A DNA stretch of 64,000 bases from an uncultured delta proteobacterium. GTDB taxonomy: Bacteria > Myxococcota_A > Polyangia > Fen-1088. The notes beneath the pieces were generated by a model. That model did no database searches. It saw only the letters and a program-made list of their open reading frames with translations, and was not told the DNA's origin. Of the stretch, positions 56,561 to 64,000 are shown piece by piece. A program made the position numbers and the translations under genes. Within the stretch, counting starts at the first letter, position 1; each line of letters starts with the position of its first letter. The stretch spans positions 768,001-832,000 of the forward strand of contig CAVTRY010000011.1 of NCBI GenBank assembly GCA_963737265.1, read 5' to 3'.

Positions 56561-57574
56561 GTGGCAAGCACGACAGACGTTCTCGGTGACATCGTTCGGG
56601 GCGAGATCGCTCCGATTTACTGCCTGCATGGTAACGAGCGGTATCTCGTGGATCGCTGCCTGGCGGCCTTGCGCAAAGCCATCCTCGGCAGCACAGACTC
56701 GTCCACGAGTGGCTTCGACCACGACATCTTCGACCTGAAGGAGACGCCCGTGGCCGAGGCGATCGGCGCCGTCCGCACGCTGCCGATGTTCAGCAAGCGC
56801 CGCTTGGTCGTCGCTCAAGGTATCGACCAGGTGAAGGCCGAAGAGCTCGATCCCCTCATCAAATATGTGGCCGATCCCAACCCCAAGGGCTGCCTGGTCC
56901 TGGTGGGCGAAAAGGTCGATGGTCGCTTGCGGGCATTCGCGGCCTTGCGCAAGGCCGGCTTCCTGCACGAGTTTGCGCGGCTCAAGGATCGCGAGCTTGC
57001 AGCGTGGATCGCCGGCGAGGCCAAGCAGCGAGGCTTCGACATCGAGCCCGGCGCGGTGCAGGCCCTGGCCGAAGCCACCGGCCCCGATCTGGGACGAATC
57101 GCGCAGGCTCTCGAACAGGTTTCCCTGTTCGCCGGAGGGCGCATTAAGCGCGAGCACGTGGAGGAGATGATCCCGGAATCGCGCGAGCGCAACGTCTTCG
57201 AGCTGACCAAGGCCATCGGCGCCGGCGACGTTCGGCTTGCCCTGCGCTTGGTGGCGAGCATGCTCGCCAACCGCGAACCGCCCCTGAAGATTCAGTTCAT
57301 GCTGCTGCGCCAGTTGCGACAGATCTGGCGCGCCAAAGAGTTGGCCGCAGCCTCGGTGTCGCGCGGCGAGATTGCAGCGGCGGTGGGGATAGCGCCGTAC
57401 TTTCTCGACGATATCCTCACGCCAGCGCGCCGCATGAGCGCGGCAACGCTACGGCGCGGCTTCTTGCGCCTTTATCAAGCAGATCGCAGCCTCAAGTCCT
57501 CGCGCATCGATCCCGACGTGCAAATGCTGCGCCTTGTGCGCCAACTGGCGGAAGACGCTTCGCCGGGGCGTTGA
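56561..57574 (+). CDS. holA: DNA polymerase III subunit delta
   Basis: PIYCLHGNERYL, TLPMFSKRRLVV, NVFEL and ADRSLKSS motifs; holA-rpsT synteny. Confidence 0.92.
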   Translation: MASTTDVLGDIVRGEIAPIYCLHGNERYLVDRCLAALRKAILGSTDSSTSGFDHDIFDLKETPVAEAIGAVRTLPMFSKRRLVVAQGIDQVKAEELDPLIKYVADPNPKGCLVLVGEKVDGRLRAFAALRKAGFLHEFARLKDRELAAWIAGEAKQRGFDIEPGAVQALAEATGPDLGRIAQALEQVSLFAGGRIKREHVEEMIPESRERNVFELTKAIGAGDVRLALRLVASMLANREPPLKIQFMLLRQLRQIWRAKELAAASVSRGEIAAAVGIAPYFLDDILTPARRMSAATLRRGFLRLYQADRSLKSSRIDPDVQMLRLVRQLAEDASPGR

Positions 57575-57596
57575 GCGTCGGCCCGACCGACACGCG

Positions 57597-57863
57597 CTAC
57601 TTGGCGGAAGAATTAGCGGCGACGGTCAGCCGCGAAACCGTGCGCGATGCCGTGCGCGGCTTGATCACGCCTCGCCCGCCAAGACGGGTGATGAGCCTCG
57701 TTGCATCCTTGAGCAGCGCCTGCGTCTGCTTGGGATCCTTGGCCGCGATCGCTGCCCGCAGCTTCTTCACGGCGGTGCGCATCGCCGACTTCTGGCCAGC
57801 GTTGCGCGCCTCGTGTGTGATGCGCTGCCTGTTCTTCTTCTCCGAAGATTGTATGTTCGCCAT
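57597..57863 (-). CDS. rpsT: 30S ribosomal protein S20
   Basis: MANIQSSEKKNRQ..KSAMRTAVKK..GVIKPRTASRTVSRL. Confidence 0.96.
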   Translation of the reverse strand: MANIQSSEKKNRQRITHEARNAGQKSAMRTAVKKLRAAIAAKDPKQTQALLKDATRLITRLGGRGVIKPRTASRTVSRLTVAANSSAK

Positions 57864-57877
57864 TGGGAAGGGTCGGA

Positions 57878-57906
57878 ATCTTGCTGGTGCCGGCCGCGCC
57901 TGTCAA
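57878..57906 (-). promoter_or_regulatory. putative sigma70 promoter of rpsT
   Basis: Minus-strand TTGACA-17 bp-CAAGAT, 14 bp before the ATG. Confidence 0.6.
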
Positions 57907-57929
57907 GGACTGGAAGGCGCGGGAACGAC

Positions 57930-58000
57930 TATTTGTCTTCTACTTGTCCTTTTACTTGTCCTCTTACTTGTCCTCCAACTTATCCTTCCACTTGTCCTCG
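57930..58000. repeat. 12-bp tandem repeat (about 6 units) spanning a stop codon
   Basis: TACTTGTCCTNN-like units at 57941, 57953, 57965, 57977 and 57989, plus an 11-bp unit at 57930. Confidence 0.85.
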
Positions 58001-58911
58001 CCCTTGGTCTCGCCGGTTGGCGAGGGGACCTTGACGTTCTGCTGACCGCTTCGTCGCTCGCCCGGTTTGAGCACTTCCTTACCGGTAATGCGATCGACCA
58101 CGTTGTCGTTCTCGTCGCGGTCGCTCGGCTTGTCGGAAAGAATCCCGTCCACGAACGAGCCCTTGGGCTGGCCCGCCTCGAAGTTCTTGCGAACCTCGGC
58201 CTGCCGTTGCGCCACGGCGTTGTCGTAGATGACAAGGCAGTAGACGTCGTAGAACTTGGAGCGGTCGACGAGGCGCAAGCCGTCGCCCTCGGACGACCGC
58301 CACAGGTAGCTGTCGAGCACCTTCTGCTTGCCCCCACCCGGCATCAGCATATCGCGGTAGACGGGCTGGGCCTTGCCATAGCTCTGCTGCATGAGGCCGC
58401 CGAACGCTTCGAAGCTCTTGCCCGCGACGACGTCCTTGTCGAACGCAACGAACATCTTGTAGAGCGCGTCACCCGAGAAGAAGAAGTAGCGGGTCGATTT
58501 GGGCTCTTTGTAAACGAGCATGGACTCGCCGTTGTTGCGCAGGAATTCCTCATCGATAATCGACACGTCCCAGCCGCTCTTGGGCCCCTCGAACTTGACC
58601 CGGCTCTTGGCTATCCGATCTTCCTCGGTCTTGATCTCCTGGCGAACCTGGTCCGATTTCGCCGGATCGTTGCGCGTCTTCTCGACCTTGTCTTTGAAGC
58701 CCGCCTCGATCTTGGCGTTGAGCTTCTCCATGACTTGGGTCGGGGTCATCCCCCACTTGAATTCGCTCTTGAATTCGCTGATGGCTTTGGCTGAGGCGAT
58801 GGGCGCCGTCTTCTCGCCCTTAATCTTCTTGGCACCCTTGGCCTGCGCAGCCATTGGCGCGGTGGACAGAACCAAAAGCACTGCCAGGAAGGAACGTGCG
58901 AATCTTCTCAT
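57964..58911 (-). CDS. hypothetical exported protein
   Basis: Signal peptide MRRFARSFLAVLLVLSTAPMAAQA; strong GC3 bias; GGAG RBS. Confidence 0.8.
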   Translation of the reverse strand: MRRFARSFLAVLLVLSTAPMAAQAKGAKKIKGEKTAPIASAKAISEFKSEFKWGMTPTQVMEKLNAKIEAGFKDKVEKTRNDPAKSDQVRQEIKTEEDRIAKSRVKFEGPKSGWDVSIIDEEFLRNNGESMLVYKEPKSTRYFFFSGDALYKMFVAFDKDVVAGKSFEAFGGLMQQSYGKAQPVYRDMLMPGGGKQKVLDSYLWRSSEGDGLRLVDRSKFYDVYCLVIYDNAVAQRQAEVRKNFEAGQPKGSFVDGILSDKPSDRDENDNVVDRITGKEVLKPGERRSGQQNVKVPSPTGETKGEDKWKDKLEDK

Positions 58912-58976
58912 CTGCGATTCTCCTTGGGTCGTGGGGCCGGCAAACACTAACACCGCAAGCCGAGGATCCACAACGC

Positions 58977-59792
58977 TCAATCGCTGAAGGGGTCCGCCGC
59001 TGCCTTCACCTCCTGGGCCGGCCGCTTGGCAGCGATCCGGTCGCCGGCCTTCGCGGCTGGCTTCACCCCCTCGTCCGCAAGCCCCGCCTGCGCCATGTCG
59101 TCTTGGCCTTCGGCTCGGCCCTCGGCGTCGTTGTCCACCGGTCGTCGCCGGTCAGCACGGCCCGCCTGCAGATCCGCGCGCGCATTCTCCGAATAGGACG
59201 CGGCTTGTCCCGGTCCCGAGTAGTCGATCCAAAACGCCGACGGGCCTCCGTTCTTGCGCACATCGAGATGCACGAAAACCGAGTTGGGATAGTAGCCCAC
59301 GCCGACGTGATCGTAGGCCTTGCGCAAATAGTCGCGTAGGGCAGCGTTGGGAATTCCTGCGAGACGAAAATCGCACGCCAAGCCCTGCTTGTGCGGACTG
59401 CGTGGGTTGCGGGCGACCTTGGGATGGCGATAGCCCGACACCACCTCGAAGCGATGCCCTTCGTAGTGACGCGCGGTCTGATAAAGCAAGTGCGCCAGCC
59501 GCGGATCCATCTTGTGCGTGGCCCCGGTTTGATGGCAGCGCATGAAGTGTTCGAACCGCTTCTGCCAACCCTTGATGGGCCGGCCGCGGTCGTCCTGAAA
59601 GCGCAGGTGCAGGGTTTCCTTGGTATTGATCTGGTAAAGCTCGACCGGCGCGTAACGCGAGAGCTTCTTGGCCGGCTTGCTGGATCCCTTGGTCTTCGCT
59701 TTGCCGCCGGGCGCGCTCGCGGGCGCCGCCGCCGCGTGGGCAACGCCGGGGATCAGAATGAGAAGGATGGCAAAAACAGCGCGCCGGATCAA
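58977..59792 (-). CDS. YcbK/DUF882 peptidase M15 family (MepK-like)
   Basis: MDPRL, VVSGYR, SPHKQGLACD, GVGYYP and FVHLDVR motifs. Confidence 0.87.
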   Translation of the reverse strand: MIRRAVFAILLILIPGVAHAAAAPASAPGGKAKTKGSSKPAKKLSRYAPVELYQINTKETLHLRFQDDRGRPIKGWQKRFEHFMRCHQTGATHKMDPRLAHLLYQTARHYEGHRFEVVSGYRHPKVARNPRSPHKQGLACDFRLAGIPNAALRDYLRKAYDHVGVGYYPNSVFVHLDVRKNGGPSAFWIDYSGPGQAASYSENARADLQAGRADRRRPVDNDAEGRAEGQDDMAQAGLADEGVKPAAKAGDRIAAKRPAQEVKAAADPFSD

Positions 59793-59814
59793 AGCGTCCC
59801 CATCATGGCCAAGG

Positions 59815-62505
59815 TCACCTGGCCGGCGTCAACTTTTTTCGCAGCTCCGCCACCAGATCCCACGCCGCCCGCGGCGAAAGCCCATCCAAGTCCGCCGCGC
59901 GTAGGGCGGCCAGAGCTTCTAGCTCGCACGGATCCATCTCGGCGGACGGCGCCGCCGGGTGCGGTCCCGGCAGATCAAACAGAGAAAGCTGGGGCGCGCG
60001 TTCCAGTTCTGGGCGCGCTGGCTTGGGACCGCCTGCTCGGCTTCGCGCCGAACCAGCACCGTCCTCGAGATGCTCGAGGATCGTGCGCGCACGAGCCACG
60101 ACCGGCTCGGGCAAGCCGGCCAGGCGTGCGACCTCGATACCGAAGGAACGACTCGTCCCGCCGGGGGTCAGCTTGCGCAGAAACACCACCTCGCCTTTCC
60201 ATTCGCGTGCCGCCACGCTGACATTGCGCACGCGTGGATGGGTTTCCACGAGCGCGCACAGCTCGTGGTAATGGGTGGCAAACAAGGCGCGCGCGAACAC
60301 GCGATCATGCAGGTACTCGGCAACGGCCCAGGCGATAGAGACGCCATCGTAGGTCGATGTGCCGCGGCCGATCTCGTCGAGGATGATGAGACTGCGCCGG
60401 GTCGCGTGGCGCAAGATGTGCGACGTCTCGCGCATTTCGAGCAAAAACGTCGACTCGCCGCGCGCCAGGTTATCGCCAGCGCCGACACGCGTGAACACCC
60501 GGTCGCACAGCCCGATGCGCGCGGCCCGGGCGGCCACGAAGCCCCCCATCTGCGCCATGATGGTGGCCAGGGCGACTTGGCGGATGAGGGTCGACTTGCC
60601 AGCCATGTTGGGACCGGTGATGAGCAGCATCTGTTCGTTTTCGGTGTCGAGCCGAACATCGTTGGGCACGAAGCCACCGGTGGCCGCCAAGCGCTCGACG
60701 ACGGGATGGCGACCGTCGGTCAGTTCGAGGATCTCGGAATCGTCCACCACGGGCCGGCAGTAGTTGCTGCGATGGGCTTGCTCGGCGAGCGCGGACAGGA
60801 CGTCCGCCGCGGCCACGCGCCCCGCCAGGGCCAGCAAGCGCTGAGACTCGGCGCCGACCTCGTCGCGCAGGCGGCTGAAGATCGACAATTCCAGGCTCAC
60901 CCGCCGGTCGTCGGCAGTGAGAATCTTCGCTTCGTAGTCGGCCAGCTCGGGCGTGACGAAGCGTTCGGCGTTGGCCACGGTCTGCTTGCGCGTGTAGTCC
61001 GCAGGGACGTTGGCCAGGTGCGAGCGCGTGATTTCGATGAAGTAGCCAAACACGGCGTTGTACTTCACCTTCAGCGACGGGATTCCGGTTCGCTCGCGCT
61101 CGCGCGTCTCGATAGCCAGTATGCCTTCGCGACCGCCAGTCGCGATAGCGACCAGATCGTCGAGCTCGGCCGAGATGCCCGGTCGGATGTAGCCGCCGTC
61201 CTTGGTGAAGGCCGGGGCGTCGTCGCTCAAAGTGGCGCGAATTCTCTCGCCGATGTCGGCGGCAAGGTCCGCACCTAGGTCAAGCAGATCCCCTGGCGCG
61301 CGGTCCGTTGCCGCGACAGCGGGCAGCTCGTCAGTCGCTTGCAAAAGCGTCGCGCGCAGCTCGGGCAGACGTGCCAACGATTTGCCGAGCACCACGAGGT
61401 CTCTCGGCGTGGCCACGCCCAGGCGGGCGCGCGTGGTCAAACGTTCGAGGTCGCCGAGCTCGCCGAGAATCTTGCGCGCGGCCTCACGCAGAGACTGTCG
61501 CGCCACCAGACCTTCGACCGCGTCTTGGCGGCGCCGGATTTGGGCGATGTCGACCAGGGGGAAAAGCAGCCACTTGCGCATCAGCCGGCCGCCCATGGCG
61601 GTGACCGTGACATCGAGCAGATCGAGGAGCGATCCCTGCCGCCGCCGGTCGATCATGGTTTCGACAAGCTCGAGGTGGGCACGTGCCTGCTCGTCGATGA
61701 TGAGGAAGTCGTCGCGCCGGAACAGCTCCAGGCGCGAAAGCGGCAAGGGCGCGGCCAGCTGCGTGGCGCGCACGTAGCGCACCACCCGCGCCGCCGCCGT
61801 CGCTACCAGCGGCAAACTCTGCAGAGGCTGCGGATCGAAGCCGGAGCCAAGGACCTCGGACAAAATCTCCAGCGGCCGGTTTTCATCGGCCGCGACAATC
61901 GCAGTCTGCGCTAGGTGACCGTAGACCCGCCGGATGATAGCCGCCAGATCGGCGTCGTCCCGCGCAAGCAATATCTCGCGCGGCTCCACACGCGCCAGCT
62001 CGTCGAGCAAGCCTTCGGTCGTGGCGCACGAAGTGGCGCGAAAATCGCCCGTCGTCACGTCGGCGAATGCCAAGCCGAAGCCATCGCGCGCCTCGCCCGC
62101 CACCGCAGCGAGGTAGTTCGGAGCGCGCGGCTCGAGCGACTCCTCGTCGAGGATCACGCCCGGGGTGATTACGCGCACCACCCCGCGCTTGACCATGCCC
62201 TTGGTGAGCTTGGGATCCTCCAGCTGCTCGCACACGGCGACTCTGTGTCCAAGCTCGGTCAGGCGCGCGATGTAGCCACGCGCCGAGTGGTGCGGCACCC
62301 CGCACATGGGCACAGGATCTTCCTTGCCCTTGTCCCGCGTCGTGAGCGTCAGAGAGAGAGCGCGCGCCACGTAGACCGCGTCCTCGTAGAACATCTCGTA
62401 GAAGTCCCCTAGCCGGAAGAACAATATGGCATCGGGATACCTCGCTTTGATGTCGAGGTATTGGCGCATGAGCGCCGTGGTGCCGCTGTCTTTGGGGCCG
62501 CCCAC
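59815..62505 (-). CDS. mutS: DNA mismatch repair protein MutS
   Basis: FFRLGDFYEMF, PMCGVP, TGPNMAGKST, DEIGRGT and FATHYHEL motifs. Confidence 0.97.
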   Translation of the reverse strand: MGGPKDSGTTALMRQYLDIKARYPDAILFFRLGDFYEMFYEDAVYVARALSLTLTTRDKGKEDPVPMCGVPHHSARGYIARLTELGHRVAVCEQLEDPKLTKGMVKRGVVRVITPGVILDEESLEPRAPNYLAAVAGEARDGFGLAFADVTTGDFRATSCATTEGLLDELARVEPREILLARDDADLAAIIRRVYGHLAQTAIVAADENRPLEILSEVLGSGFDPQPLQSLPLVATAAARVVRYVRATQLAAPLPLSRLELFRRDDFLIIDEQARAHLELVETMIDRRRQGSLLDLLDVTVTAMGGRLMRKWLLFPLVDIAQIRRRQDAVEGLVARQSLREAARKILGELGDLERLTTRARLGVATPRDLVVLGKSLARLPELRATLLQATDELPAVAATDRAPGDLLDLGADLAADIGERIRATLSDDAPAFTKDGGYIRPGISAELDDLVAIATGGREGILAIETRERERTGIPSLKVKYNAVFGYFIEITRSHLANVPADYTRKQTVANAERFVTPELADYEAKILTADDRRVSLELSIFSRLRDEVGAESQRLLALAGRVAAADVLSALAEQAHRSNYCRPVVDDSEILELTDGRHPVVERLAATGGFVPNDVRLDTENEQMLLITGPNMAGKSTLIRQVALATIMAQMGGFVAARAARIGLCDRVFTRVGAGDNLARGESTFLLEMRETSHILRHATRRSLIILDEIGRGTSTYDGVSIAWAVAEYLHDRVFARALFATHYHELCALVETHPRVRNVSVAAREWKGEVVFLRKLTPGGTSRSFGIEVARLAGLPEPVVARARTILEHLEDGAGSARSRAGGPKPARPELERAPQLSLFDLPGPHPAAPSAEMDPCELEALAALRAADLDGLSPRAAWDLVAELRKKLTPAR

Positions 62506-62543
62506 GTCGCGAGTGTCCCATGCGAGAAGGGACTTGCCCTGAC

Positions 62544-62711
62544 CTACTCCTTGGCCGGAGCAGCAGCCGGGCGCGGCTTCTTCGCGGCCTTGGTGCCAGG
62601 GCTACGGACGGCCTTCTTCTCGGTCTTCTGCCGCTTGATGCGGACCTTGAGCTTCTTCTGCGCCTTCTTACGGCGCATCTTCATCGATGTGCGGTTATCG
62701 TGTTTTCCCAT
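62544..62711 (-). CDS. small basic Lys/Arg-rich protein (55 aa)
   Basis: MGKHDNRTSMKMRRKKAQKKLKVRIKRQK...; GC3-rich codons; own promoter immediately upstream. Confidence 0.7.
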   Translation of the reverse strand: MGKHDNRTSMKMRRKKAQKKLKVRIKRQKTEKKAVRSPGTKAAKKPRPAAAPAKE

Positions 62712-62720
62712 GAAGTCGCC

Positions 62721-62749
62721 ACTATTCGGAAACTGGGGGGTTCTGTCAA
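62721..62749 (-). promoter_or_regulatory. putative sigma70 promoter with near-leaderless transcript
   Basis: TTGACA-17 bp-AATAGT, 9 bp before ATG 62711. Confidence 0.55.
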
Positions 62750-62781
62750 GGAGCTTCGCCCTGCGGGAATCGGATCGGTGA

Positions 62782-64000
<1,219 letters not shown>

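Overview
GC-rich window of a probable Myxococcota (Polyangia/Haliangium-like) chromosome. The taxonomy is inferred from the sigma-54 regulators, the myxobacterial-style Gly-rich lipoproteins, the caspase/ECF module and the TolQ-TolR-TolR cluster. Most of it is housekeeping: pfk, fba, tkt, pgi, acnA, lipA, queD, cysE, ttcA, holA, rpsT, mutS and an isc operon. Notable items: (1) a 578-bp transposase-less element (41500-42077) with 23-bp terminal inverted repeats and a 9-bp target-site duplication, carrying only a GxxExxY nuclease-like gene inside a second inverted repeat; (2) a co-oriented cluster of TPR/beta-barrel, TolB-like lipoprotein, ECF sigma, anti-sigma, exported caspase fused to a putative OM barrel, OM barrel and GH9 cellulase, which may be a protease-based trans-envelope signalling or polysaccharide locus; (3) an isc operon led by a Cys-rich MerR regulator instead of IscR, with clustered +1 frameshifts in iscS and hscA that are probably sequencing errors; (4) a small basic ORF with its own promoter. 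I saw no rRNA, tRNA or CRISPR array. All product calls come from motif recognition by eye; no database searches were run.
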